Source: Tubiluchus corallicola
Lineage: Eukaryota > Animalia > Priapulida
Direction of reading: 5' to 3'
Length of the DNA stretch: 64,000 bases
Assembly: GCA_030141605.1 (NCBI GenBank)
Contig: JAQGDQ010000019.1
Coordinates: forward strand, 496,001 to 560,000
A program made the translations under genes and the position numbers. Positions 26,770 to 40,540 of this stretch are shown here, in pieces (positions within the stretch are counted from its first letter, which is position 1; each line of letters begins with the position of its first letter). The notes under the pieces were generated by a model, which saw nothing but the letters and a program-made list of their open reading frames with translations, was not told the origin of the DNA and made no database searches.

Positions 26770-27220
26770 AACACTCTCATCTGCCACTACTGACAATGAT
26801 GCATTGTTCCTCAAATTCCAGTTTTATCAGCTAAATCCTTTTTTAGTATATCTATATAGGTCAGTAGCTAACCCCTGCTGGGCCTTTTTGTTCAAAAGTT
26901 TTAGGTAATGGTATAGGAAGATGAGATTCCTTATCCAGCCTCAGTGCATGTCCAATCCACTGTAGTCTTCCGATTTGGATTTGTTTACTCCAAGGGTTTT
27001 TCTTCATCACATTATATCATTTATCTTTGAATATTATGTCAGGCCATTTGATACATAATTCCTTCAGGTACAGATGTAGTTAAGAAGCATTCCATTTTTT
27101 ATTATTTAACTTTTATTGCCCATTAACCAATTCAGGATCAACTAAAATAGAAAATATCAAAATTTTGGTTTCAAGACAGTCTATTGTTTTCGAAGGCCTG
27201 TATGAGAGATGTGTTTGTAA
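26770..27220 (-). mobile_element. Degenerate LINE 3' fragment (RTE-like ORF2 C-terminus)
   Basis: Minus-strand translation IKWPDII...WSKQIQIGRLQWIGHALRLDKES...TYIDILKKDL matches the RRLxWxGHxxR motif that follows the RT domain in RTE-clade elements. Confidence 0.7.
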
Positions 27221-27225
27221 GGTTT

Positions 27226-27830
27226 TAAGTTTCAAGTTTATTTATTACACACTAGTCGTAAACAATCATGGAGTCTGTGGGAAAATGCACATGAATATGG
27301 TAAATTAGTAATGCTTACCAAAGACAAGCTAGACTGAGGAGACCTTGACATGGTGATGCCACTGCGTTTCGCTAAGGCCAACTCGGAAGAAAAGAAAAAA
27401 CAAAAGATAGAAGGGCCGGAGATAAAAAAGGAAAGGAAAAGATCGATGGTAAAAATGCAATACTAGAACTTTCGTGCGTTATTTGTCAGCTATAGTGCCC
27501 AACAAGCTGCCGAGATATATTTTTTCTAAGAATTGTCACCTCCACCCTATATGTGATATAACCCCATCTTCGCATTATTGACCTTAGATTATATTTTTCT
27601 ATTCTTGCTAACTGTCCACTTGATTTTTTTCTATTTCTTCTACATTAATTGCTATGTAGGATATAGACATCATCCGCATACTGATTAGAAATAATTCAAG
27701 ATAAAATTTTATAAATGTTGCATATTATATTCAGTTTATGCCTTAGGTATAAATAAAATGGAATTGAGATTCGAGAATAATTTCGTAAATAAATCACTTC
27801 ATTTAACACATCAAAAACTTGACATATTAA
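27226..27830 (-). mobile_element. Degenerate CR1/L2-type LINE fragment with 3' tail
   Basis: NQYADDV RT motif at about 27665-27690 on the minus strand. 3' end aataaataaacttgaaacttaaaac. Confidence 0.55.
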
Positions 27831-30800
27831 TAAGAAGTAACTGAAACAGGATAATCAATGAATGAAATGGCCTTTTCTGCTAATAATTTACACGTGTGAG
27901 CTAATTCTGATGTGCTACTTTGGGATTGGTATAAGCGCAAGTGTAATTCGTCGAAAACTCGGTGCAGCAGACAAATGGCATTAATTTTCCTAATCACCGA
28001 TGACAATGCCATTGATTTTACATTTTCAAAGCGTTCTTTAGGTTTTCCACACTTATGCAAGGGAATAAAAATGTTTTTCTGAATAAATGTGACAAAACTG
28101 GCACCTGTCACATGTAATGATTTAAAAAGAACATTTGAAAATCTGCAAGATTTTTTATGTGTAATCACATAAAGTACTCACACAGCAATCAATAAGTACA
28201 AGTACAAGTGCAACACGCCAGTGAGTCTTACAGCAATTGTGCGTAGTTTTCCAAAATTTTTATGTGCTTCCCTGTTGTTTGTTTTTCAAAATACTGTAGT
28301 AAAAAACTTATATTATGTGTACACTGTTAATTATAAAACACTGCATTATCAAATGTCAATAATATGAGCTATCATATGTACTGACCAGTATGTAATGTCG
28401 ATTAAAAAAATCTATTCAAAGTATTGAAGCAGAAATTGTTACTCTACTTTCAAAGTTATGCTTCAGGGTTCAACCATAGTTACTAAATTACGCAATCTAA
28501 TGTTACGCAATGTCACCATTTGTTACATGCACTTCTTCCTCTAAATCGGCAGCCATCTCTGACTGTAATTACACAAAGTAGATCTTCATCTTATCGAATA
28601 ACAAATGAGTTAGTTACTTCCTAGCAGAGATGATTCCCTGCTTCATTCTAACCAAGATAAAACTAAACAGTTTGTCAATTGGTAATGATGTTAATCCACT
28701 AAGAGTCTTTCGGTGTAGACATGCCGTCTCGCTCTTCAAATTGCTTTACATGGGGAGCATCTGCTAGAGCGGTATTGATCCATAGCAATTAATGAGGGTA
28801 TCTTCTAGAAGCCCAAATGATCTCTAAACCGTTCACCATCAATCGCTTATTGCAGGGCCCACTGGGTATTGACTTATGTGCATGTGACTAAAAGAGGCAA
28901 GCAGTGAAGATTTATCGTGTTTAAACACGATCAGTTCTGGCAGCGAAGACAAGCTTACCGAGCCATTGGGAGATTTTTACAAAATTGACGTCTATTTATC
29001 AGGATTTCGGTCTGAATTTTGAGAAAGGTCAACTCTCCTGGTGACTGTGAGCAAAGTAACAGTAAACTACTCAAACTAAACTTGTCATTCTATATTTCAG
29101 CGAAAAGTTTAGACAGCTCAAGTTAATGATCTTTGCAAAAGGAATATAATTATTGTAGGCAAAAAAATAATTAATAGCCAGAGCTCTACGTCTTGACAGA
29201 AATTTAGAGCCCTTTCTTAGTATAGTACATTTCCTTTGAGTTAGTTTATCTTATTGTTTTAATGGCGTGTGTTGTGCAGAATAAATAACGGAGTCAAGTA
29301 AGCGTAAGAAGTTTTACCGGGCAGTGAGTAGACTGGGTCTTCCGGTTTAAATTAAACACGTGGCAAGCACAAAATGCTTTCCAAATGTCGTAAATCATTT
29401 TCTTTGCAATGCACAAAAGTCACTCAAACTCTGACAGTCATACAGCTTTCTTGTTTTGAAGCTAGTTTCAGTCTTAAGCATTATGCCATCAAATTTTAAC
29501 AGTGTAATTGCAACGCTAAATGACGCACGCATTTTTTATTTTTGTCGCAGCAGTTTCAGTTTTTTTACTCTTTTATAATTAACAAGATTTATAAAATCAA
29601 AAAAACGTTTCCACGAAGTATGTAGCGACCACAGCTTGTTGCACCGCCATCCACTTTATACAGGCTGCTTTATCTAAATAATTAATGCTACTCACTTGCC
29701 AGATTACACAGTCATTCGGGGTAACGATCTGTGCGGAAGCGTTTCTACTTATATTCAGCAATTTGCAGATTCAATAATAAAGTGCTACAAAAACAAGAGT
29801 TTAGTTAATTTACTAAAGTTAACATATGAAACAGTTTGCGCACACTACTGGAAGGTGTACAGAAACTTGAAATCTCAATAAAGTAAGAGCTATAAAAAGT
29901 TAAACTACCTATTACCAGGTAATTTACAGAAACAAAATTTGCAGTCTTATAACTAGTAATAAACTTATTAAATTTCTGAAGAATGAATTCGATTGAGGAT
30001 GGCACGATTTATCGGATGGCCTGTATTGAACCTGCTGATGAAATAAGTTTACCAGAATCTGTTTTTGAACTTTGGAAACGTGACAAAAACCTTGTCTCTC
30101 AAAATTAGTGCTCAGAGACACGACTTAACAAGCTCAGAGAGTGCACAGTTCAATTTCCAGTCATCACTGAGACTGAGTTCAAAATATATACGTAGTACAC
30201 TGTCAACTTGGCAAAGCTCAAGTCATAACGAATCATCTATTATACTAGTTTTCGATGAGGAGATTACAATATTTTGAAATGATCAAAAGGACCTTAAACA
30301 GATGTAATGGTATAGAAAACCTTTAACCTTTGACCTTAAGCGGATAACAATTCGTACTATATAGCTAAAACTGCTTTTCAGAAAGTACAATACCTTATCA
30401 TGCTCAAAAGCTGATGTATTTGTAACAAAGACTATTGCTAACAAAAATTTGCAGCAGTTACTGAACTGCTTGACCACAGAACATCGGTTACCTCACACAG
30501 TACACCCTTTTTTACACAGACATTCATTGTATAGTAGGAATCTGGAAAATGTGTACTGATAGGTAGGAATCAAAATCCAGAAGATTTTATTCAGTTAAAA
30601 GGATGCATGTGCAATATATGACGGTTCTAAATTAGCATATACATGTAACAACAAAACTGTTAACAATAGATTTGATTTTTTTCAGAACAAAAATAATCAT
30701 CTATTTGGTACAGAAGTCTGTCATATTGTTTTACAGTTAAGAAGTAAAATTTCGCTATAGTTGCATCATTACGTGCTGAAATTCACATCAGGGTGAACTG

Positions 30801-31086
30801 AGTGTTAGCTGGCTAAGTGAATGGTACGACAACGACTCAATCTCAGTGAGCCTTTTGCTTAGCCTGATGACGCAAATTCAACATTTGAATAAACTCCTGA
30901 CCAAATTGGAATTTATTGATTCTCGTACTGACTGCAATGGTAAGCAGTAATATTTTCAGTAATTATATGGAAAGTGACAGATGCTTCAAAATGCTACTGA
31001 TGGCCTTCTCTCTATGGGGGTTCAATAATCTATTTGCTTATACGATAATTATACGACGGTAGCTTATCCCTAGATGGTTTGTAATG

Positions 31087-31088
<2 letters not shown>

Positions 31089-31123
<35 letters not shown>

Positions 31124-31139
31124 GTAATAATAATAATAA
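31089..31139 (+). repeat. (AAT)n microsatellite
   Basis: Direct reading. Confidence 0.95.
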
Positions 31140-32028
31140 CCTCTAGTAAATAATAACGGAGAGACAGTCATAGGCCTATTTCACCAACACAGGTCACGCT
31201 ATTAAGGAGCAACTAAAACCTTCCTTACTTAAACAATGTCCACTGTTTTAGTCTGCTTAGTCTTTAGTCTTCATTCAGCATTTTACCTAATTACAGTATC
31301 CGAAATGAACAAACTTACCTTTAGAATGCTTACAGAAGAGGCGAAATGTTTCCAAAATGCAATTACTTTTATTGTTTTACAGTACTAATGAACTTAGTTG
31401 TGTAAGGCATGTTTTGGATGAAACTTTGATGCTGAGGAAAATGGGATGAGGCAGAGATAGTTTCAGCTTTGCCAACTTCTGTAATATCACTTAATTACAT
31501 AATTACTTCATACACGTGTACAACGATATAAAAAACATCAAAACGAGAAAAATGCTTTAATGAAAGAGCTCGACCAAGACAGTAAACTTGTAACGGTTGT
31601 AACCAAAAAAGCAACACAATGAAAGAAATTACACAAAGGTGTTAAGACAAAAAAATAACAAGAGAAAAATGAATAATAATCACAGATGACTAATGTATGG
31701 CATTTGAAGGTGAAGATAATGAGAATATGAAAGATTAGACTCACATAATACAGAAAGAAGAGAAGCAACCAGCTAGGCAACTACAATAAAGAGCATAAAT
31801 ATATTTCTTCAATTCTCATTCTTTTCCTTATGTTGTTGTTGTTGAAATTCCTGATGTTGAAAACTAGCAAAACACACATCATTCACATTTTAATAACCAC
31901 GTATGACATTAATGTATAGAAAGTACAAGCTCGCAGCAAAACACATTTACCGTACACACGGTAGGTAATGCACAATTAGCAAAGGCATAAAAATAAAGCA
32001 TTGATACAAAGAAAGTAGCAGTATTTAG

Positions 32029-32373
32029 CAGAGGTGAGTAATGGAACGTTTGAGTTTGAATGTTCGAATTGAATTCCAACATGTTTTTTTAATTCGCATT
32101 CGATGCGAACCTACAAAAATATTAATTCGAATAAATCATCATTTGAAATGCATGCATTCTTTATGATTAAAACGTTTAAAACAGCATGCAATCAGCACAA
32201 TTTAGTGCGGTTTCTGTGCACAATCTTTAAATAAATTGTTAGTGTTTTTGCTGTGTATTCGAAAATCTTTTAAACTGAATCTGAGTTCGAAATCTTGAAA
32301 TTCGGTTTGATTAGAGTTCGAAAGCCAAACACTCGATTCGAATTCGCTTTCTGACAGAAAATGCTCACCCCTA
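32029..32373. mobile_element. hAT MITE, same family as 4759-5480
   Basis: TSD gtatttag / gtatctag (7/8). Termini CAGAGGTGAGTA / TGCTCACCCCTA. TTCGAA subterminal repeats. Confidence 0.75.
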
Positions 32374-33200
32374 GTATCTAGTGGCTTTATCTCACTTTGA
32401 CAAACTTTACTTGAATGCATTAACAGAATTACTTCTCAATAACAGACAATGTACGTAGATCTTTCGGTCTACAGAGAAGACAACCTCTGCACAAAATCTC
32501 TTTACAGAACCACAGCTGTGTTCTGCAGCAAAAAAGGCACGCAAAGAAGTGGAAAATTAAAATTCTCTCTTTAACAGCAATGACAAAAATCTTCGTGAAA
32601 ACAGCGAAAACGTGCATAATTTATGAAACACTTAGTATTTATTGTGCAAATGACGTCAATGGTGGCATATTTAGATATTTGACTGTACAGCACAACATCA
32701 AAATCCACATCAAATCGCAGACACATTTTTCAAAAGACAAAATACAAAGCTGCTAACTATTTTATAATACGAAGCCATCACTTCCATTTTTGGCTAAGAT
32801 ACTGGAAAAACTATGCTTCATAATTAAATTATGAAGTGATGTTAAATTAAAAAGGATAAAGATGATAAATTACTGTGATATGGCAAAGTCTTGCTTTGTC
32901 TGTTTCTTTAGTTAAGTCACTTATCATGCACAAATCACACTGGGAAACACTTTCCAGCAGTATGCACTAATGAGTTTCTGCTAATACTGATAAAAGTAGG
33001 CCTACCAAACTAATTACGTATTTGCAAGTATAAATGATAATCATTACGGTTCTTGACAGTATTAATCTGCAAACTCACAAATGCCACAGAAAGGTTTATA
33101 ACGCTATACACATCATAGACATGCCTGCCAGAATGTACATGAGCTCAAAAGGTTAGAAGTGAAAGGTCATTCAGCATAAAGCTATCGCAACACTGAAGAG

Positions 33201-33848
33201 CATGGGCGCGCCGCCAGTAATATTCATTGTACTCTATTGTAGTAGTCATATATCTTAAAAGCAAGTTCGTAATGCACTGCAATGCGGATGACCCATTTAG
33301 TGTCAAGATTAACTATCTAGCAAAATGTGGATAGTCGAACATAAAACTGATTTGGGACTGCTAAGTTTACAGTCCACCCACTGTTCATGCAAAACTTAAT
33401 ATTTTTGCGTGGTTGCTAGTTTTTCCCACTGGACACAGCTAAATACAATTTTACTGCATTTTAGACCATTCTGCGGTTGCTAAAAGCTATTTCCTCAGGC
33501 AGGTTCACTAGTTTAAAACTTATTGTGTCACCTCAAACTCGAGACTCATAATTTTACTACTACCGTGAAAGAAGGGCTCAGGCCCCTTGGGTCCACCCCA
33601 AAATGCGGAAGTGCAGTTACAGTTAGCTAAAAACTGTCTAGACAACGGAAATCGATAGGAGAATCGACACTAAGTAACTGATGTACATAAACATAACTTC
33701 ACTATGCAAATCAGCTGACTGCTCGGGGATTGCGCAACAAACAAGGGGTTGGTGCGTTTCTTCGTTTACTGCTAAAAAAATTCATTTAGCCATAAAAGAA
33801 ATTCGGTGGACGCACGTGCGACAGTGTGTCCGCCTGCCGGCGCCCATA
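33201..33848. mobile_element. hAT-like MITE (second family)
   Basis: TSD ctgaagag / ctgatgag (7/8). Termini CATGGGCGC... / ...GCGCCCATA. Confidence 0.65.
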
Positions 33849-35446
33849 CTGATGAGAGTACACATTTGAATACGAATGTACACATTAAAGGAAAAGCCAA
33901 TTTTCTCAAGAAGTTGAGCTTATTTTAATGTGAGAAAAATGAAAAGTTTTAGCAATTGTGACAATATCGAAATATAATTGAGAATACCTCGTGTAATTAG
34001 TAAAATCAATTTAAAGTCGTGAACACTTCACGCTTGGGCGCGCTGATTTTTAATGAAAATGGCGTCATCCGGTTTCTGTGCAAAATAATTCTTATCCCAG
34101 CAGGTGCTTGAGCAATCGTTTTTGCAGTGGCAGTTACAATTATGAACTATAAACAATCCAAAATGTTAAAGTAGAGATTATTTAATACAATTTTCTAGCA
34201 TTTGAATCTCATTAAGCACTTGGTAATAAAAACAGTTAGTCCAGGGTTATTGATAGTAGTATAATAACTGGAATTATCCCCAACAAAGTAACAGAATAAT
34301 TATTTTAACAAGCTAAGATTGAAGTCTATAAATTAAATAACCTATCCGCCTGTCTGGCATCCACCATATGCTCGCATAATTGCATGCTTACCTGAAAGTC
34401 AAAAAGTCTGTGAATTAATTATGTACACCTCTGGATTAAAGCAATTTAAGCATTTTAAAGCCGTTGCTAATTGATCCGATGACTAATTTTTTAAATAAAC
34501 ACAGTTAAACACAAAGTTAGAATAGCGGAACTTCATGAGTGAACTGTATGTTTGCTACGCAAACATTCACCGCGTTCACCCTGTCTACCAGCTTACGTCA
34601 TTTTGGCAGGAGATTTAAATATTTAAATTTCTTTTGCATTTTTAAGCAAGACAATTTGATATTTGGCATTTACAGCATTGGCAGCAAAAACAGAGCTTCC
34701 CAAAAATACTTATAGGATGCAAAATTATTACAACCGGTTTACAGGTTGATTAGAATCCCCAAAAATGTCAAACCTACTTTAACAAGACTACGTATAAGTG
34801 ATCATAAATCAGCAGTTGATATCATACATATCATATGGTAAAAAATGCCTCTAAAACAACAAGTATGTAAAACATTGTTGTCTGAATAAAGTACAGGATG
34901 AATCAGTAGCATTAGGGGTATAGGCCCTGTGGTACTGCAGCACCCCCTATTTTCACTCATTATTATCAATAACATTTAATATAATTTTTTTTTCTTTAGT
35001 TCTTTCTTTATACTTGTGTAAAACTGGAGCAAGATAGGGAAGTACAATTTGCTTCACAGCCAAGCAACGTGGCGTTTGGCTGCTGTGTGCATACGGCCGT
35101 ACTTTTACTTTAGTACCTGTGTCAGCAAATGCAGCTTCAGCTTTAGTCTTGATCGGATAATATTCTTTTTTGTCTTTCAAAAAACTTATATACATGTGAT
35201 TAAAAGCTTAATGTGATAATGTTTTTTTCCAGATGCAAATTCTGAAAACCGCTTTCCATTCTTTTTTGGAATTTTGAAAAAGAGAATGTTAACTAAGCTT
35301 GCCTTCACCTTTCAATTCACTAAGTATTTTTCTGGTAGAAAAGTACTTTGTGACAATACCTGTTGGGAACTCATGACTAACACTTCATTTCCATAGTAAG
35401 ACTGACAGTTCATGTACTTACATGTACTAACATGTTCAAGAATCCA

Positions 35447-35568
35447 GGTAATAAAGTCAGTGGTAAAAAGTCACAGGAAGAAAAGGCACAAGAAATCACT
35501 CCAACCCTAACCTCTAGTCAAAATTGATTGTGACTTTTTCCGCGACTTTTTCCTTTGACTTTATTACC
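35447..35568. mobile_element. Short foldback element related to the 12.2-kb element
   Basis: Perfect 13-bp inverted termini ggtaataaagtca / tgactttattacc, aaaaagtcac / aaaaggcac modules, and a central aaccctaacc. Confidence 0.7.
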
Positions 35569-35599
35569 ACTCACCACTTAAAAATATCTATATTTGCAG

Positions 35600-35878
35600 T
35601 ACCATGGATCGACCAAAGAAGAAGAAAACAAGATCCCGAAGCTCAGTACTATGGGGAAGAAATGTGCTTCTATAATAATACCGACTATTTTATTTGGATT
35701 GCTAATCCTTACCACTGCATTTGCAGTGATATTGCATTGACATGATAGTGATGCAAATCTGACATCAAGATGTGATTGCAATAATACGATTATCACAGAA
35801 ATGTGTTGTTTATGCCAGCAAAATCCGCCAAACAATAAGCCACAAGAAACAGATAATATCACATCGTTAACTTATTAA
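35600..35878 (+). pseudogene. Exon-like frame encoding a TM/signal segment plus a Cys-rich glycosylated stalk, interrupted by one TGA
   Basis: Acceptor tatttgcag|, then YHGSTKEEENKIPKLSTMGKKCASIIIPTILFGLLILTTAFAVILH*HDSDANLTSRCDCNNTIITEMCCLCQQNPPNNKPQETDNITSLTY*. Confidence 0.35.
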
Positions 35879-38399
35879 TTTGCTGACAATTAGTAAATAC
35901 ATTTCAGTAAATATAGAAAATGACAATCCATCTTTGCAATTGTTTGTCTTGCAAGTTTTACTTTTTTTCTTAGTGCTAGTCTACCATTTAAATAAGCTAA
36001 CTTATGACATACCGCCTTTTGATCCTGTAATGAAAAAGTAATGCTAGACCTTGCAATGTTCAGTTCTATTATTTTATAGTTTAAGTCATTCAGATTCCGT
36101 GCGGCTTTTTGTCTATTACTTGTTAGATTACCTTCTAATGATGTGAACAGGTCTATCAAATATTCTATCTATTGAGTGCTTAATTATGCTAAAATGATGT
36201 GAGTAGATCAAGTACTCCATGAATAATCTACTGGACAGTAATAATGTGTTCAGTGTGCGTTAGTTACAAGGTTTACAGGTTGTTCTTCGACTAGCAATCG
36301 ACTCCAAGAGGAGGCTTGCAGCATGACACCAACACCAACTTCTACTATCTAACACAGGGGATGAGGACTTCCAGGTGTAACTAACTCACAGGGATAGTGA
36401 ACTTTCCAACATCTAGAGGTTGTGCCAAACTGTACGACTGGCTAAAACTACAAACATTTGCTTTATAACAACACTGACGAACAATGAACAAAGACACAAC
36501 ATCCATTAATTTTTTTAGTGCAACCTGATAAGCGAACGATGACAGATAAATAATTAAATACCAAGTGTTTCAAAAGTCATTTAAAAATGCTATTACAGGA
36601 GAAACCGAATGACAATCTGTTTGCTGACAATGCTGAGTACACGAATTTGGTGGCCTGTAATCACAGAACTCTGCACTTTGACCATGAATTGAAATGCTTC
36701 CTGCCAATCAGTACTTTTACTCCTCTGCTCCACACACAGTCAGCAGAAAAAAGGCACAAAATTATAAATATAGACTAAAAAAAAATCCTCAACTACTGAA
36801 TCAGAGTTTAACACAAGAAGAAAGTCACTGATCGATTAGTTGCAAAGAAAATACATTAGCAAGGATCTTTTGAAGAAGCTCTAACACACATTTCCCATGT
36901 ACCATTCACATTTCACACACATTGGAAATTTTACCTCTTTGTTATATTTGCATGCTACATTATCAAAATCAGTCCGGCATTATTAGTATCACTGTCAGTA
37001 TACATGGCATGTTTTTAAGCCTAAAATACTATCTGACTTTACTTTTAACATGTACAAGGTTTGAAAGCGTCAATCTTGTAATAAATATTTGTTTACTTAT
37101 TAAAAATATCATTTGCTATGACAACTGCAGAGAAACAAGCAAATAAACTACATTAAAACAAAGCAAAAAGCTGTTCTTTAATTATATAAATCCACTCTAA
37201 CCAAAAGATACTTTTCTAACAGTCAGAACTGATAAGGCATATTGAAAAACAGAACATGATAAAAGATGAACAATGGGCAGAAAAATGATGAACATATGAC
37301 AAATAATGGACAGTGCGAAGATGCAGCGTGAACAGAATGAAATAGATCTAAGAAAAAATAAGTTTACCTGAAACAATCAAAAGGCCATATGTATGTCACA
37401 TATTTCGCACAATCACAAAAACAATTTGAAATTCGTAGACCGTAGAGCTCTAGTTTTTGCAAAGTAATGTATTAAGCCTATATACATATGAGTGCCTGCA
37501 AACCAAAACCATCCATACATCAACGTAATTAAAACTCCATTATGCTTCAAAGTAGAATGCACCAAAATTTTTGTCAAACGTCAATTTTTTGTTTTTATTA
37601 AAAGAAATGCTAAATATATTGAACTTTTACATTCTACCATCAAATCGCCAGGAAAGTGTTGAAAAATATTAAAAATCAAATTTTATAATCCCGTGCCCAC
37701 TTTTCTGGCTAGAAACTATTACTGCAATTGTAAAAAAAACTTCTATTTTCAAACTCCAATAGTAGCTCGTGGCAACAGTAATTTTGCTTCGGGTTTTTTC
37801 TGTTTCCAAGCCCAGATCTTCATCGGGAAGAGCTATCTACTGGATTTAAACATTTCAATGGGTGCTTGCAAAGTGCGGTTGCTAAGTGTTTCGTAGAAAT
37901 GCGACAAAAAACAATGGCTAACTTTAACAGTGATTTTCTCAAGGTTTGTGTTTTTCACCTCAACTTCAACATAGATTCAGCTTAGAAATAACTTAGAGCA
38001 CTAAACTTGGTATCAAAATGATCCTTATAAAATGGAGATCCAGGATACGTGAATAGCTATAAAAGCTTAATTGCTGACTGATGGATGATTTTGCTATGCA
38101 AGCACACATATAGTGATTTCTGTCATGCCTAGGCCTGCGTCTTTCAACAACTATACATCACTTACCATGATTCACGGAGGATCAGCTTGCATAGGCAAGG
38201 GCAGGTCGATACGTTGAAGATGATACTAGCAAAGGCCTTATACACAGTAATTCTCTCTATGAATTAGAGGTTCACTGTATTCTTGGATAAGGTTATTCTT
38301 GACTGTAAGAATGCAGAGTGGAGTCCCTAGGTGTAGCCTGCTCTGAACCTGTTCATCCAAAGTTTTGCAAAGGAGTGAAAGATCACAATTAGTTTTGAT

Positions 38400-38900
38400 A
38401 TTCATATCATGATCTTGTTGCTAAAGTCTCACAGGTCTGCAGTTTAAGCTTTTTGCTGACGATTGTGTTATGTATCATAATATCAAATACTATAATGACT
38501 GCCTTACTCTAAAAAAAGACTTAGATGCATTACATTAAATGGGAATGGGACTGGTTAATGCATTTTGACGTTAACAAGTGTGACATCATATATATTTCTC
38601 TCATGTTTGTTCAGAAATGTTCAAACCGCCAGTATGTTCTAGATGATAAGCTATTAAATCAGGCTTCATCAGTTCAGTATTTAGGTGTCATAATTGTAAA
38701 ATATGTTCAACTGTTCATAAGCAACCAGGGGCACGAACAAATTGGAAATTTTTCACAGAATTTCAACAAATATCCAAAAGCTATCACAAGACTCTGCCTA
38801 CAAGTTATAATTAAGCCCAAAACAAGAAAGCACATCTTCAATACGGGACTCATACATAAACAATAACATTTCGGCATTTGAGCGAGTACTTAAAATTTGA
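38400..38900 (+). mobile_element. Degenerate CR1/L2-type LINE reverse-transcriptase fragment
   Basis: LKLFADDCVMY...LKKDLDALH / WEWDWLMHFDVNKCDII...VQYLGVII, the classic RT C-terminal motifs, with frameshifts. Confidence 0.85.
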
Positions 38901-40297
38901 CACTTGATCAGACTGGTACACCTCTAGTAATAATACAATAAATATAGGACTAAATTATCACAGGATCATCTGAAACATTTGCTGGTAAAATATGAATAGA
39001 ATAATAACCTACAGGCCCATAGCTTATTTATAAACTAAGATAAAATTATTAGAAAGAAATAGCAGCTTAGAAAAACTAGAAGGTGCAAAGGGTAATAGCA
39101 CTTTGAATGTAGATGGAGCTGCAGAAAAGCTATTGCAAAGCATAGTTTGCACAGCGAGTAAGATTTATGTGGGTTGAATTGAATAAGAAAATCGAAGTTA
39201 TTCGTTATACAGTGTAAACCAAGTGCATATGCGATAATTATGTATTTTTTGCTGCTTTTGAGATATGGTCATATGAGTGGCCTGCATTGGTAATGTGCAG
39301 TTACAATTTTTTAATGCTGCAGCTTCCTCAATCAGTTCAGTTAATGGTATTTTGGTTTAGCTGACTTTCAAAAGACAAAAATCGGCACTCTGGTATCCAT
39401 AATAATGCTGTTTACTGAAGCTGCTGATTGCAAGCTATTGAGCTTTCATTCTGTTACATTAATTGGGAACTATCTTACAGTGCAGAAGCTGGAAATCATC
39501 AAAAAATGAAACGCACTGAAACGACATGTGATTAAGCTATCAGGCTGTTTAAGTGTTGTAACCATTTACTGCAACATTACGTGGGATATTCGCGCTTGCT
39601 CGATATCTAGTGTACTAAAGCACTGCCACACTGTGTGTACCTCCCTGCAGTGTATCGCGACACCGCTATCTATGCTACACGGCGAGACGTTACAAGACGA
39701 GGCGCTGCTCGGAATGACGAACAAGCGCAAAATTTACATGTAGTGTTATTATTAATGCTTTAGCAAACCTTTACTTACATTACAATTTACAAAACTCAGA
39801 ATTAAAAGATCGGTGATTAGTGAATAGGTAGTTTCATTGAGAATCAGCCCTCACTCTTCAATGGTCAACAGCAATTCTCACAAAAATGCATTGTATTTTA
39901 GTAATTGTAGTAAAGTATCTTGCGAGAGTACTTTGCACAATTAACAGCTATTTTAACTCAAGTGCACCTCTACAACTGTGACCACTTCGCACTATAAACA
40001 AGCAGAAAATCAGAATGCGTGGGTTTTTACTTTTTGCACAGTGCGTAGTAGCTGTCATCTGGTGTCCGGAAAACACATTAATAATATAATCATTGTAATG
40101 TTGCCATAGATAAACAATTCAGTCAGCGAACTCGGCGATTGTGCTATTGTGGGCATGTCTTTTGAGAAAATGAATAGCATAGCTGCAAGTTGTCATATCT
40201 ACAAAAATTTAGCTGGTGTTAGATGTAAAAGAGAAAAAGAGAATGTGAGTGGCATTTTTATGGCACTACACCAGTTAATAATGGAGAAATAAAGGTG

Positions 40298-40540
<243 letters not shown>

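Noticed and set aside
33886-34782. Possible TTAA-flanked Kolobok/piggyBac-like element
   Set aside because: The two ends do not form convincing inverted repeats.
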